Below are positions 38,201-48,337 of a DNA stretch of 64,000 nt, piece by piece. Position numbers and translations under genes: made by a program. The notes under the pieces were generated by a model. That model did not search any database and was not told where the DNA came from. It saw only the letters and a list, made by a program, of their open reading frames with translations. How positions within the stretch are numbered: position 1 is the stretch's first letter; each line of letters begins with the position of its first letter. The stretch lies in contig CALTZU010000001.1 in assembly GCA_943913835.1 (NCBI GenBank), positions 2,446-66,445 of the forward strand. Reading direction: 5' to 3'. This DNA comes from an uncultured Rheinheimera sp. Lineage in GTDB: Bacteria > Pseudomonadota > Gammaproteobacteria > Enterobacterales > Alteromonadaceae.

Positions 38201-38380
38201 GGGGAGTTCAAGCGCCAGTAAATTAGCCACTATGCCAAACAGACTTAGTCCGCTGACATAGGAAAGCTGGCGCAAAAACGACGGTTCAGAATGCCTTACA
38301 CTAATATTCTGAAACAAAAATAAAATTCCATTTGAAAAAAATGATACATAGATACTAGAGGATCCGGTTCGCATAATCAC
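35258..38380 (-). CDS. Hybrid sensor histidine kinase (multi-TM, Cache-like, HisKA, HATPase, REC, Hpt); start uncertain
   Basis: FLANMSHELRTPL, NLLGNALKFT, GGTGLGL, DLILMDMHMP, LHRIKGTS. Confidence 0.9.
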   Translation of the reverse strand: MIMRTGSSSIYVSFFSNGILFLFQNISVRHSEPSFLRQLSYVSGLSLFGIVANLLALELPLSTPLLLGNLAFILVMQRLGMIWALLCAVVVLSPLNSPLYWICSLLQLLVFIPYANTARRRWVAVALHFLATLVLFLWLPTEPQPFIWVLLNALIISSTLIVLKRCVRLFEIQAASLALKRQQPFKSLLGSRIALMAAIPWALMISVLLHGTIVLNLSGHVSELTTQQQFIEGQLHQKLSSYQAELKLASDYARLVGDQESLQQLVKSQPEFISALRTDASGLVTAFFKETAAQDILGHSVAYRDYFKQPKQSAQPYISDVFQGNKLGQDLLFALSRPLYQQEQFNGVLELSVALNRLTGALEVQHSDPRLQLLLTDGAQMKIWGLADSQASGQKVAFDNAALAESRAYLTHSPFYHQSHMHFNQTGDKIRLDSTIDHTNWQLFLYWDHSHLALYYQFLTLLALLTLLAGIELLSRSSQRFASGYTVALQQLITTIEGIELGSSTAPKQQLDNSALEFEQLLSSFTSLQGRLQAGHQALQSALEEKTNLSQQLEQRVAERTAELSIERDKAQQLALAKTRFLANMSHELRTPLTIILGFIQQALTRPHDAQLLNQLQTVDNQSKFLLQIVNDILDAAKMDEGKLPLELQHFELQPLLNELHQSLLPAAQEKGLHFSLQSRYPLPKTLYSDPLRLKQILMNLLGNALKFTQQGEVRLSAEIKQGQLSLSVTDTGPGISADMQQKLFSAFEQGDPGISRQFGGTGLGLYICKQLADLMGYQLELQSVPLQGSQFFLRIPLPVKAELLLKAPVQTSSKLQVQHQIPQLKGAVLIVDDVPDLRLLFSTLLSATGLEPQTARHGLDALHKVANQQFDLILMDMHMPVMDGLTASRELRRQGYQIPIIALTADVQAEQRQLCLEAGCQAVLTKPVQAQVLYDKIAEFLPTKSAVKAQSDVQQQLDELTSMYKDSLPTIAQELEQLVQLEDKVTTEALLHRIKGTSACFGFTRISALAAASERALKEKQWPAEQLNELLQQIRQEQP

Positions 38381-38532
38381 TGTTTACGGCATAAATATTT
38401 TTAACGGCTCAGGATTATTTTGACTGATCTCATTCACTTATGAAGGAATCAGGGTGACAAGCGGCGGTCAGATGCTGATAATAACTCACTTGTCTGAATC
38501 TCTGGGCTATCAGCCTGAATTATGGTGTTGCA

Positions 38533-39348
38533 ATGGATTTTATAATTTTACTCAAGGCCTTATTACTAGGCATAGTGGAAGGTTTAACTGAGTTTCTGCC
38601 GGTGTCCAGCACAGGTCATTTGATTGTGGTTGGGGATTTAATCAATTTTTATAACGAAGGCAAAGTTTTTGAAGTTGCAATCCAGCTTGGTGCCATTTTA
38701 GCTGTAGTTTTCGAATATCGTCAGCGGTTTATCAATGTTGCAACAGGCATTACACACGACAAAAAAGCACAAAATTTTGTGCTGAACTTGTTTGTCGCTT
38801 TTTTGCCCGCCGCTATAGTTGGACTGCTATTTATTAAGTACATCAAGCTATATCTGTTTAACCCTATCACTGTGGCAACCATGCTGGTGCTGGGCGGTTT
38901 GGTTATTTTGTACGCAGAACGCCGCGTACATCAGGTGAAGATTCATGATGTAGACCAAATTGGCTGGAAAGATGCGCTAAAAGTAGGTTGCGCTCAGATT
39001 ATTTCGATGATCCCCGGAACCTCAAGATCCGGCGCAACTATTATCGGCGGGCTGTTTTTTGGCTTTGATCGTAAAGTGGCGGCTGAGTTTTCATTTTTCC
39101 TGGCAGTGCCCACTATGTTTGCCGCCACTTTTTACGACATTTATAAACACCGCGATGTGCTGAATTTTGACCAGATGCCAATGTTTGTTGTTGGTTTTGT
39201 GGCAGCTTTTATCAGTGCATTGGTCGCAGTCAGGACTTTTGTCCGTTTTGTATCGAATCATAGTTATGAAATTTTTGCCTGGTACCGTATTGCCTTTGGT
39301 TTGTTTATTCTGGCTACCTGGTACTTCGGCTGGGTTAGCTGGTCTTAA
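38533..39348 (+). CDS. uppP: Undecaprenyl-diphosphatase
   Basis: [48 protein letters not shown]. Confidence 0.97.
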   Translation: MDFIILLKALLLGIVEGLTEFLPVSSTGHLIVVGDLINFYNEGKVFEVAIQLGAILAVVFEYRQRFINVATGITHDKKAQNFVLNLFVAFLPAAIVGLLFIKYIKLYLFNPITVATMLVLGGLVILYAERRVHQVKIHDVDQIGWKDALKVGCAQIISMIPGTSRSGATIIGGLFFGFDRKVAAEFSFFLAVPTMFAATFYDIYKHRDVLNFDQMPMFVVGFVAAFISALVAVRTFVRFVSNHSYEIFAWYRIAFGLFILATWYFGWVSWS

Positions 39349-40456
39349 GGCTGGTCTGCAGCTCTGTCCAGGCAGGGTAGAGCTGTAACGATTCCACTAT
39401 ATGCTGGTCGTTTTCATTAAGCTGAAAATCTTTATGCTGAGCGGCCTTGTGAGCGAGCCAGTGCACCACACCGGGTATCGAACTGCAGTCCGATAATTCA
39501 TCAGGCAGAATGACGGCCTGTACTATGCTTTGTTCAAAGCCCCACAAGGTAAGTAAATAGGCGGATATCATTGAGAAATGACAAGCATCTTCATCCGCCA
39601 TTGACGGTTGTTGCAGATGTTCCGCCATCCAGCCCAGGCAATCCAGTAAAGATACTAAAAACGCATAATCCTGTATCTCTGAACCGAGATCTGCCTGCTT
39701 ACACAGGTAGCGGGCCAGACAGGCCTGATGAAAGGCTTGCTCTGTGATACGTTGGTGTTGTGTTGTACTAAGATGGTTTTGATAAATCAGACCGCTTTTT
39801 AGTGCCAATATAACGGACTTCATCATATCCAGCCCAAGTCTGTTGATGGCTTCAGTTAAGGATATAGTAGAGCGGGAAAATCCAAGAAAAGCTGAATTAG
39901 CTAATTGTAGTAACCTGCTGCTGACCACAGGATCGTGGCTGATCAGTTCTGCGATATCTTTAAGCTGGAATTCTGCTTTGTGTAGCATAGCTTCTATTTT
40001 TTGATACAAAGGTGGTAACACTGGTAGTACAGAAAGCCTGCCAAGATAAGCCCGTTCGGCTGCAGAAAAGTCCAGCGCTTGCAAAAGTTCTGCACAGGCA
40101 AAAACCTGTAACAGTTGCTCGTCAGTAAAAGGTTTTGCCAGAAAAAAATGGATAAGTGCAGTGTCCTGTACCAATAAATCGGCAGAATTATCAGCTGTCA
40201 GTATGCAGCGTAATGCCATTGGGCTCAGTTGCTGTACCTGTTGCAATACTTGCTCGCCGTGTATGCCAGGCATTAATCTGTCTGTGAATACCACATCCGG
40301 CAATGCTCCTTTTGATAGTCGTTCGGTTAATTGATGTGCATCTTGCAAAGTCTCTACAGCCCAGTGCGGCAAAATACGACTTAAAGTTCGTTTTAGTGCC
40401 CTTAACAGCAGCTCATCATCATCGATCAATAGCACCAGAAAATTTTTATCAGCCAT
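39335..40456 (-). CDS. REC plus HDOD domain response regulator (HnoE-like)
   Basis: LLIDDD, TDRLMPG, LAKPF; LPVLP...[18 protein letters not shown]. Confidence 0.85.
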   Translation of the reverse strand: MADKNFLVLLIDDDELLLRALKRTLSRILPHWAVETLQDAHQLTERLSKGALPDVVFTDRLMPGIHGEQVLQQVQQLSPMALRCILTADNSADLLVQDTALIHFFLAKPFTDEQLLQVFACAELLQALDFSAAERAYLGRLSVLPVLPPLYQKIEAMLHKAEFQLKDIAELISHDPVVSSRLLQLANSAFLGFSRSTISLTEAINRLGLDMMKSVILALKSGLIYQNHLSTTQHQRITEQAFHQACLARYLCKQADLGSEIQDYAFLVSLLDCLGWMAEHLQQPSMADEDACHFSMISAYLLTLWGFEQSIVQAVILPDELSDCSSIPGVVHWLAHKAAQHKDFQLNENDQHIVESLQLYPAWTELQTSLKTS

Positions 40457-42446
40457 GGTAATGCTCTCCTGCAAAAGGTTGCTGTGTGAGCATAACGACA
40501 AAGTCGTCTCTGGCCACGGGTTTACTGTAGTAATAACCCTGAATAAGGTCACAATCCATCATTTTGAGCAATTGCTGTTGCTCTTGCGTTTCTATACCTT
40601 CAGCGGTAACCACCAGGTCCAAATCATGGGCCATACGGATAATATTTCTGACCATGCCCTGGCTTTGTAAATCGCTACTTAAATCAGTGATCAGGGATCT
40701 GTCCAATTTCACTTCATCTATTGGCAGTTTGGTTAGATAAGCGAGCGAGGAATACCCTGTGCCAAAATCATCCATCGAAATACGTACACCAATCTGATGC
40801 AATTGTGACAACACTTTTTGACTTAATTGCAGATCTTCCATCAGATAGGTTTCAGTTATCTCCAGCTCTATCTGCTCTGGTTTGATCTGGTGTGCGTTTA
40901 ATAGTTGCCGCAGCTCGGCTCCGAACCCTGGCTCCTGCAACTGCCTGCCTGATACATTAATGCTGAGTCGCTCCAGCTCCAGACCTTGCCGATTGAATTC
41001 TGCCAGAGTACTTAGAGATTGCTCCAATACCCAAAATCCTATACGGATAATTTGCCCATCCCGTTCAGCGATAGGAATAAATAAAGCAGGAGATATACTG
41101 CCAAGTGCCGGATGGTTCCAACGCAGCAGAACTTCCGCCTGACGGATTTTACCGTCACTAAGACTGACTTTGGGCTGGAAATTGAGGCTAAAGCCGGTAT
41201 GCTCAACATTACTGTAGAGTGCGTTACTTATTTCAAACTGCTGCTTTTTACTATCAAGAATTGCTTGCTCAAAACGCATATAAAAATGATGTTGGTTATT
41301 TCTGTTGGTACGGCAGGCCAGGTTGGCATATTTCAGTAACTTCTCTGAGAGAATGGTGTCGAGCGGCGCTATGGCATAACCCAGATTAAAATTTAGTTGC
41401 ATTAACCTTTCGTCATGCATTACGGGTTTATCAAATACCGATAAACATTCACTTATTTGCAGCTGCAAATCCATTTCATCCGAGCACTTGCTAAAAAGTA
41501 AAGCAAATTTATCGCCTGATAAGTACACCAGATGTTGTCCTGGTTTGAGTTGCTGTTGCAGCAAAGTGGCAACTTTATTGATTAATAAATCAGTTTTGTA
41601 ATAGCCCATGGCATCGTTGATCAAACTGAAATTATCTATGTCCAGCACCGCAGCAGCGGTCAAACCTTGTTGCTCAGCAATGTAATGATCGAGCAACTGG
41701 CAGGCCTGTTGGTGGTTCAGCAAATTGCTCAGGTTTGATAAGTCTGAGCTGAATTGTGGCAAAGGTTCCAATCGCTCTAGTTTCAATAATAACTGGTTTG
41801 GTGTAGAGGACCTGTGGCTCAGTTCGATTTCATGATGCTGATGATCCAGACAAAGCAAAGTGCTGTGTTGATGTGTTAAAAACTGAGGCAGTTGATTTGG
41901 TAACAGGGCTTGAAGGAAAGAAGATAAAGGCTGCTGATTTACACTGTTTGCGTCCAGTTGCCATAACTTAGCCAAAGCGGCGTTGATACGTAAAATGTCG
42001 CCTTGAGGATCTACTTCAAGCAGTGCATCCTGACTACTAATCAATAATTGGGTATGCAGGTCGGGTTGGCTGCGGCGATTATATTCAAGTTCGGCTTTCT
42101 GGATTTCAGCCAGTAGTAAATGATCTGTCCATGGCTTTTGTAAAAACTTAAAGGCGATTCCTGAGTTAAGGCTCTCAACTACTGCGTCGAAATCCGCATA
42201 AGCACTTAAAATCAGGCCCACAATCTGGGGCGAACGTTTTTTAACGGTTTTGAGTAACTCGTTACCGCACATCAAAGGCATCCGGAAGTCAGATAAAATG
42301 ATCTGTACCGGGTTTTCTGCCAACAATGCCAGAGCCTGAGCGCCACTACTGGCAGTGATAACCTGATAACCTGCACGGCTAATTAAACGCTCAAGGCTGC
42401 GCAGAACAGCCGCTTCATCATCAACGATCAGTATTTTACTTTTCAT
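40449..42446 (-). CDS. hnoB: REC-PAS-degenerate GGDEF-EAL phosphodiesterase response regulator (HnoB-like)
   Basis: LIVDDE, SDFRMP, PAS-like segment, SGDKF, AEVLLRW, DDFGTGYSS; synteny. Confidence 0.85.
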   Translation of the reverse strand: MKSKILIVDDEAAVLRSLERLISRAGYQVITASSGAQALALLAENPVQIILSDFRMPLMCGNELLKTVKKRSPQIVGLILSAYADFDAVVESLNSGIAFKFLQKPWTDHLLLAEIQKAELEYNRRSQPDLHTQLLISSQDALLEVDPQGDILRINAALAKLWQLDANSVNQQPLSSFLQALLPNQLPQFLTHQHSTLLCLDHQHHEIELSHRSSTPNQLLLKLERLEPLPQFSSDLSNLSNLLNHQQACQLLDHYIAEQQGLTAAAVLDIDNFSLINDAMGYYKTDLLINKVATLLQQQLKPGQHLVYLSGDKFALLFSKCSDEMDLQLQISECLSVFDKPVMHDERLMQLNFNLGYAIAPLDTILSEKLLKYANLACRTNRNNQHHFYMRFEQAILDSKKQQFEISNALYSNVEHTGFSLNFQPKVSLSDGKIRQAEVLLRWNHPALGSISPALFIPIAERDGQIIRIGFWVLEQSLSTLAEFNRQGLELERLSINVSGRQLQEPGFGAELRQLLNAHQIKPEQIELEITETYLMEDLQLSQKVLSQLHQIGVRISMDDFGTGYSSLAYLTKLPIDEVKLDRSLITDLSSDLQSQGMVRNIIRMAHDLDLVVTAEGIETQEQQQLLKMMDCDLIQGYYYSKPVARDDFVVMLTQQPFAGEHYHG

Positions 42447-42464
42447 CAGTTGCTCCGGCTGCGT

Positions 42465-43019
42465 CTATTCATTGATTAGTTGTTGAATTGCTTCCAGTAA
42501 ACGAGGATTATCAAAAGGTTTGCTCAGTATAGCGTTGGCGCCGCGGGCTTTGGCCTTGTCCAGTTCGCTTTGAGCTAAGCCTGAAATCACCAGAATTTTT
42601 GTCTGGTTCAACTCGGGGTGTTCGCGGATATACTTTAAAACTTCAAAACCATCCAGGCCTGGCATCTGTAGGTCCAAAGTCATTACAGCAGGTTTATGTT
42701 GCAACAACAGCAGGCCAGCCTGAAATCCGTCCTGCGCCTGTATGACGTTAAATCCGCCCTGCTGCAAGACTCTGAATATAGCTCTTCGGTAGGCAACCTC
42801 ATCGTCTACTACTAAAACTGTCGTTGTGGTGGTTAGTGAGTCAGCAACCGGAATTTTTTGTTGATTTAAAAAGCAAATAAAGTCTTCCAGTACTACTCTG
42901 TAGTTACCTCTGCCGGGCAGCTTAAAACCTTTTAGCTGTCCTGATGCAATCCAACGGCTGACAGTGCGTTGATGCACGTCACAATACGAAGCTATTTCAC
43001 CTGGTGTCAGAGTTTTCAT
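42465..43019 (-). CDS. hnoC: MerR/excisionase-like HTH plus REC transcriptional response regulator (HnoC-like)
   Basis: LTPGEIA.YC.V..RTV.RWI..G.L....LPGRGNYR; TLDLQMPG. Confidence 0.88.
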   Translation of the reverse strand: MKTLTPGEIASYCDVHQRTVSRWIASGQLKGFKLPGRGNYRVVLEDFICFLNQQKIPVADSLTTTTTVLVVDDEVAYRRAIFRVLQQGGFNVIQAQDGFQAGLLLLQHKPAVMTLDLQMPGLDGFEVLKYIREHPELNQTKILVISGLAQSELDKAKARGANAILSKPFDNPRLLEAIQQLINE

Positions 43020-43070
43020 CTAAATTTTGACCTTATTCTTGCACTCAGGATAAATTTAGCATAAGTTTAA

Positions 43071-43107
43071 GACAAATGCGACACAAGGGACAGAAGAGAT
43101 CTTTGTC
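43071..43107. promoter_or_regulatory. Candidate HnoC operator: GACA repeats at 9-bp period
   Basis: GACA at 43071, 43080 and 43089, GATC at 43098, inverted TGTC at 43104, in the divergent hnoC/hnoD gap. Confidence 0.55.
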
Positions 43108-43124
43108 CTGGCGGAGAATTCAGT

Positions 43125-44459
43125 ATGACTACTTCAGAACTCTCAGTGAGCCAACGCAATTCAGTTGTTGCCCGTGCCACAGTGCTTTGCGTCGACGACG
43201 AAATCAGCATACTAAAATCACTGCAACGTATGCTGATGGCTGCCGGATTTGATGTCGTTACGGTAACAGGTGGAGAGCAGGGCCTGTTGTTGCTGGACAA
43301 GCAAGAATTTGCGGTCATTATCAGCGACATGCGGATGCCAGGTATGACAGGCGCTGAGTTTTTGCGATGCGCGGCCGAACGTTGTCCGGATAGTCAGCGA
43401 TTGTTATTAACGGGATATGCAGATATTGACTCCACTATTATGGCAATCAATCAGGGCCAAATTCAGCGTTATATTCAAAAACCCTGGCGTAATGAAGAGT
43501 TGATCGTTCAGGTCCGTGAGTCCGCTGAAAAGTTTCTGTTGGTAAGACAAAATAAAGAGCTACAACAAAAACTCAGTGCGCAGAATCATAAGTTAAAAGA
43601 GTTGAATCAACAGCTTGAACATCATGTATCAAAACGCACCGGGCAGTTAAGGCAAGTACTAAAACAATTGGAACAGGAGCACCAGTCCTTACTGGATTTG
43701 TTGTTTAACTTTATTAGTGTTAACCCTCATTTAAATGGTCATTTTGCCCAGCATATTGCCAGAACCTGCCACTTGCTGTGCTCCCATTTGCAACTGGATC
43801 CAAAGGAACAAAAACAAATTGTCATGGCCGGGTTATTGTCTCAGTTAGGTTTGCTAGGTATGGATACAGAGCTTTACAGTAAAGCTTTTCATAGTCTGGA
43901 CGGTAATGAGCGTCAGCAGTATTACACTCATCCGGCCATGGCTCAGTTGATGTTATTGCCAGCCAGCCATTTGGCTCTGATGTCTGATGCAATTTACCAT
44001 CAGTACGAGCGTTATAATGGCTCTGGAACTCCGGATCATTTAGTGGGGACAGACATACCACTGGGGTCCCGTATTTTGGCTCTTGCCCGCGATTTTTGGC
44101 TCATGATTGACAAGCAGGAAGGACAGCAAGACAGTGCTTTTGCCAATGCTATACAGCAGCTGAAAATGCAGCAGGGTAGTTTTTATGATCCTGTGCTGTT
44201 GAATATCCTGTCGGCCTTACCCGTTGAGAAACTGTCCGGGGTAGAACTTATCGCTTCTCATCATCTTCAACTAACCACAGAACAACTTGAGGCTGGTATG
44301 GTGCTGGAGCGCCCTTTATACAATGAAAACAGGATCTTATTGTTGCCACATGGTCATGTTTTTACTCGGGCCAGCATAGCTAAATTATGTCAGATTGAAT
44401 CAAAGCGAGAAAAGAAATGGACACTTTTAGTGTCTGCCGTCAAAGCAACTGCAGAGTAA
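43125..44459 (+). CDS. hnoD: REC plus degenerate HD-GYP response regulator (HnoD-like)
   Basis: LCVDDE, SDMRMP; HD reads SQ (LLSQLG); HQYERYNGSGTP. Confidence 0.85.
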   Translation: MTTSELSVSQRNSVVARATVLCVDDEISILKSLQRMLMAAGFDVVTVTGGEQGLLLLDKQEFAVIISDMRMPGMTGAEFLRCAAERCPDSQRLLLTGYADIDSTIMAINQGQIQRYIQKPWRNEELIVQVRESAEKFLLVRQNKELQQKLSAQNHKLKELNQQLEHHVSKRTGQLRQVLKQLEQEHQSLLDLLFNFISVNPHLNGHFAQHIARTCHLLCSHLQLDPKEQKQIVMAGLLSQLGLLGMDTELYSKAFHSLDGNERQQYYTHPAMAQLMLLPASHLALMSDAIYHQYERYNGSGTPDHLVGTDIPLGSRILALARDFWLMIDKQEGQQDSAFANAIQQLKMQQGSFYDPVLLNILSALPVEKLSGVELIASHHLQLTTEQLEAGMVLERPLYNENRILLLPHGHVFTRASIAKLCQIESKREKKWTLLVSAVKATAE

Positions 44460-44465
44460 CAGCTG

Positions 44466-45641
44466 ATGTTTGAAATCAAAACAGCACAAAGTAAAGCCAG
44501 TACAGCTGAAGGCATTTGGCAGGATCTGCAGCAGCAATTGACAGGCCAGCAGTTTCAGTTTGGTTTTGTGATGGGTCATCATAGCCGTGTTCCCTTGCTC
44601 CGAGAGTTACCTATGCTAAGTTGTGCGGCGCATTGGATAGGTGGCAGTTCCTGTTTAGGCGTGATTACGGAACAAGGGGTGTTTTTACAACAGGATAGTT
44701 TAGCTGTATTGATGATTCGTGATGACGAAGGACATTATGCCAGTGCCAGTGCTGTGATAGAGAACCAGGATATAGCAAAAGCCACTCAACAGGCTTTAAC
44801 GCTAGCATTGCAAAAAGCCGGACGACCTTATCAGGTACCAGAGTTGGTGTGGTGTATGCAGCCTCCAGGCACTGAGGAGGCAGTGTTGAGGCAAATTGAA
44901 AAGGTATTAGGAAAGAAAGTCCCGGTTTATGGTGGTAGTAGCGCGGACGATGACGTGTCAGGTTTGTGGGTTCAATACGACGGCCATGCTATTCATCAGC
45001 AGGCAGTAGTGATTGCTGTACTTTATCCCTCGGTTGCCATCAGTCATTTTTTCCATTCAGGTTATATTCCTACTCAACATAAAGGTATTGTTACTAAGGC
45101 TAAGGGACGTTTGCTACAGGAAATTGATGGCCAACCGGCGGTAGATGTTTATAGCAGTTGGCTCAACAAAAAAATCAGCGCTAATTATATGCAGGAAACC
45201 ACCTTAACGCCCTTGGGTTCGATCATTGCGCAGGATCAGCTGGATTTGCCTCTGTATTTGCTTAGCTTACCTTTAGATTTTCATGATGACGGTACCATAG
45301 AACTTTTTGCCGAAGTAGAGCAGGGAACACAACTGTGTTTAATGACAAGTGAAACGCCCCGGCTGCTGAGCAGGACCGGGACTATGTGTGATTGTACGCG
45401 GTCAATTTTGCCACAACAACGAGTCAGTGGCGGTATTATCATCTTTTGTGGTGCTTGTTTGCTCAGTATCAAAGAGCAGATGGCATTAGTGCGTGATAAT
45501 GTTTGTACTTCATTGGATGGTGCGCCATTTTTAATCGCCTTTACTTTTGGTGAGCAAGGTTATGCCGTAGATCACACCAATAGACATGGTAATTTGATGT
45601 ACGCTACGGTGTTATTCGGAGAAACTGATGCCGACAGTTGA
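44466..45641 (+). CDS. nosP: FIST-domain sensor protein (NosP-like heme/NO sensor)
   Basis: GGSSCLGV, PGTEE, GGSSADD, EIDGQPA, FCGAC, FTFGEQG...HGNL; coupled to a kinase gene. Confidence 0.85.
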   Translation: MFEIKTAQSKASTAEGIWQDLQQQLTGQQFQFGFVMGHHSRVPLLRELPMLSCAAHWIGGSSCLGVITEQGVFLQQDSLAVLMIRDDEGHYASASAVIENQDIAKATQQALTLALQKAGRPYQVPELVWCMQPPGTEEAVLRQIEKVLGKKVPVYGGSSADDDVSGLWVQYDGHAIHQQAVVIAVLYPSVAISHFFHSGYIPTQHKGIVTKAKGRLLQEIDGQPAVDVYSSWLNKKISANYMQETTLTPLGSIIAQDQLDLPLYLLSLPLDFHDDGTIELFAEVEQGTQLCLMTSETPRLLSRTGTMCDCTRSILPQQRVSGGIIIFCGACLLSIKEQMALVRDNVCTSLDGAPFLIAFTFGEQGYAVDHTNRHGNLMYATVLFGETDADS

Positions 45642-47040
45642 AAAACTCAGGGAAAAGGTTCTGGAACTGACGTTTGAGCGGGACAATGCATTACTGCACG
45701 TCAGACTAAACCAGTTATTGCAAAAAGGCCTGGATGCCATATTAAGTTCGGACACACTGGAAGACACCTTTAGCAAATTTTTCGGCGTGATGGCCGAAGG
45801 GATACAGTTTGATTGCGCTGTACTACTAAGGCTCGAACCTGAACATTTTACTGTGTTAGCCAGACAAAAGGCTCCAGACTGGCCTGAACAGGGAGAGCTT
45901 GGCAGTGATGCTTTACAAACAGCTTTATCTGGCCGTCATTCAGTGGCTGTGTTTAACTTACTGCTGCTGCCAATCTGGGGTGAGCCGATCAGCAGCTGGT
46001 GGCCAGCGATCCATTCAGCGTTGTTACAGCGTATTCAGACCAGGGATCAACAGTTTCTGTTAATACTGGGCTCGGGTTCAGTCGCAGCTTTTGGACCTTC
46101 GGAAGAGAAAATTGCCAGTCAGTTTATAAGCTTTGTTGCAAGTACTATTGCCAGCGTTGAAAACAGAAAGCTGTATATGGCGTCTCAATCGCTGAAAGAG
46201 CGGCAGCAACGTATAGAACAAAGTCTACTACAGTCAGAGAAAATGGCGTCACTTGGACAGCTCGCCGCCGGGGTCGCTCATGAATTGAATAACCCTATCG
46301 GATTTTTGCTCAGCAACATTCATATGTTTCAGACCTATTTGTCTATTTTTAAAAGTTTGTTGACCAACTACCAGTTGTTGGCAGACAACGGACAAAGTGA
46401 GGAGGTCAGGCTGCGTGCCAAAAAAGAATTGGATGAGATTTATCAAAAGGAAGATGTTGCCTTTTTACTTGAGGACAGCGATGTGTTAATTGCTGATTCA
46501 TTGGAAGGAGCCATCAGAGTCAGAGATATAGTGCAAAGCCTGAGACGTTTTTCCCATCCTGACACTGATAAAATCGAGTTGGTGGACTTAAACGAAAGTG
46601 TCGAATCCACTATAAAAATTATCGGTGGTGAATTTAAACACGCGTTACACCTAAAAAAACACTTGCACCCCAGCCCTTTGTTTGTCATGGGGAAGTCTAA
46701 TCAGATAGGTCAGGTTTTTCTGAATATCATGATGAATGCCAGACAGGCGATACATCATGACCATGGTGAGTTGCAAATCAGCTCTGGAATGCGCGACGGT
46801 GAAGCCTGGGTCGCTATTGAAGACAATGGCTGTGGTATAGAGCCTGCACATATCAACAGATTATTTGAACCTTTTTTTACAACTAAAGATGTAGGTCAGG
46901 GTACTGGTCTTGGTTTGTCACTCTGTCACAGTATCATGTTGCAACACAGTGGTCATATCGAAGTGCAGAGCTCGCTGGGTAGCTTTAGTCGTTTTATCTT
47001 GTATTTCCCGTTAGCAGGACCTATGGAGCATCAGGATTAA
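45628..47040 (+). CDS. Cytoplasmic histidine kinase coupled to nosP (NahK/HnoS-like)
   Basis: [49 protein letters not shown]. Confidence 0.9.
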   Translation: MPTVEKLREKVLELTFERDNALLHVRLNQLLQKGLDAILSSDTLEDTFSKFFGVMAEGIQFDCAVLLRLEPEHFTVLARQKAPDWPEQGELGSDALQTALSGRHSVAVFNLLLLPIWGEPISSWWPAIHSALLQRIQTRDQQFLLILGSGSVAAFGPSEEKIASQFISFVASTIASVENRKLYMASQSLKERQQRIEQSLLQSEKMASLGQLAAGVAHELNNPIGFLLSNIHMFQTYLSIFKSLLTNYQLLADNGQSEEVRLRAKKELDEIYQKEDVAFLLEDSDVLIADSLEGAIRVRDIVQSLRRFSHPDTDKIELVDLNESVESTIKIIGGEFKHALHLKKHLHPSPLFVMGKSNQIGQVFLNIMMNARQAIHHDHGELQISSGMRDGEAWVAIEDNGCGIEPAHINRLFEPFFTTKDVGQGTGLGLSLCHSIMLQHSGHIEVQSSLGSFSRFILYFPLAGPMEHQD

Positions 47041-48331
47041 CTTCTGGAGCTTTTCGCAGGGGTAAAGTAATTATGAATTCTGCGCCCTGACCAGGAGGAG
47101 AGCTGACACTGAGTTTACCCTGATGCTTCTGAATAATGCTGTAAGACAAAGAGAGTCCAAGCCCTGTCCCTGTGCCTACCGCTTTAGTGGTAAAAAACGG
47201 GTCAAAAATTTTTTTCAGATGCGCAGGGGCTATGCCTGTACCTGTGTCTCTGACGCTAATTCTGGCTACCTCAGCTTCAGCAGTGATGCTGATATAAATT
47301 TCACCAGGTCGCTCCATAGCCTGAGCGGCGTTAAGCAATAAGTTCATAAAAACCTGATTAATTTGCATCGACTGGCAATAGACCAAAGGCATGTCTTGCT
47401 GATAATCCTTATGCACAGTCGCCTTGTATTTCAACTCATTGTTGATGATCCTCAATGTGCTTTCCATGCCATCGATCAGGTTAGTTTCTTTCCATTCGGA
47501 ACTATCTACATGAGAAAATTCTCTCAGGCTTTTGACAATAGACATCACCCGGCCTGAACCTTCCAACGATTCAGCTATCAAGTCAGGCATATCTTGTAAC
47601 AGAAAATTCAGGTTATGTTGATTCTGATAGCTTTGATACTTGGCTTTGAGTTCGGTTGAAGGGTGCTGCAATAACAGCTTGCCTGCAAAGTCCAGTGCAT
47701 CGACTAAGGTTCGGCAATAATGCTGCAGAGTTTCCAGATTCGAGGATATAAATCCAATAGGATTATTGATTTCATGAGCCACGCCGGCGGCTAATTGGCC
47801 TATTGAGGCCATTTTTTCAGCCTGAAGCAGCTGATTATGTGCTTCTTCCAGTTTATCTATTAATTGAGCCTGAGCCCTATGCTCTTCTGCAAGCAGGCTA
47901 AGTGCATGTTTAAGATCTTGCGAATAACAGGCAGTGGTCGTCGCGTCCATGATGGCTAGTAACAAATGACTGATCTGCCCGTTTTCGTTAACTATTGGAA
48001 CTATCTCCATATTTTGGTACATCAGCTCTTCCTGGCCAGTGACTGGCCTGGTACTTTTGAACTGAAAAATATGCGGCCGTTGCTCCCAATAGCTGTAACT
48101 GGTGTTTTTAAGTATTAGTGTTGAATCCAATTTACGTTTAAGAAATCTGGCCTGCTCGGGAAAGATTTCTAGTAAATCTTTCCCGACAGTCTGCTCTGCG
48201 GGCAGCTGTAAACGCTCTGCAAAAAAATCGTTCCACAGCACGATTCGGTAGTCAGGCGTCAAAAGGCAAGCGCCTATTGGCAGTTGCCGGATCAATTGTA
48301 AGGCCAGTTCATCGTTCATCGGTTGCTCCAT
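47021..48331 (-). CDS. PAS-domain histidine kinase (HnoT-like)
   Basis: N-terminal PAS (WN...WEQRPHIF.F...RPVTG...MYQN), [23 protein letters not shown]. Confidence 0.9.
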   Translation of the reverse strand: MEQPMNDELALQLIRQLPIGACLLTPDYRIVLWNDFFAERLQLPAEQTVGKDLLEIFPEQARFLKRKLDSTLILKNTSYSYWEQRPHIFQFKSTRPVTGQEELMYQNMEIVPIVNENGQISHLLLAIMDATTTACYSQDLKHALSLLAEEHRAQAQLIDKLEEAHNQLLQAEKMASIGQLAAGVAHEINNPIGFISSNLETLQHYCRTLVDALDFAGKLLLQHPSTELKAKYQSYQNQHNLNFLLQDMPDLIAESLEGSGRVMSIVKSLREFSHVDSSEWKETNLIDGMESTLRIINNELKYKATVHKDYQQDMPLVYCQSMQINQVFMNLLLNAAQAMERPGEIYISITAEAEVARISVRDTGTGIAPAHLKKIFDPFFTTKAVGTGTGLGLSLSYSIIQKHQGKLSVSSPPGQGAEFIITLPLRKAPEVNPDAP

Positions 48332-48337
48332 CAGTCG

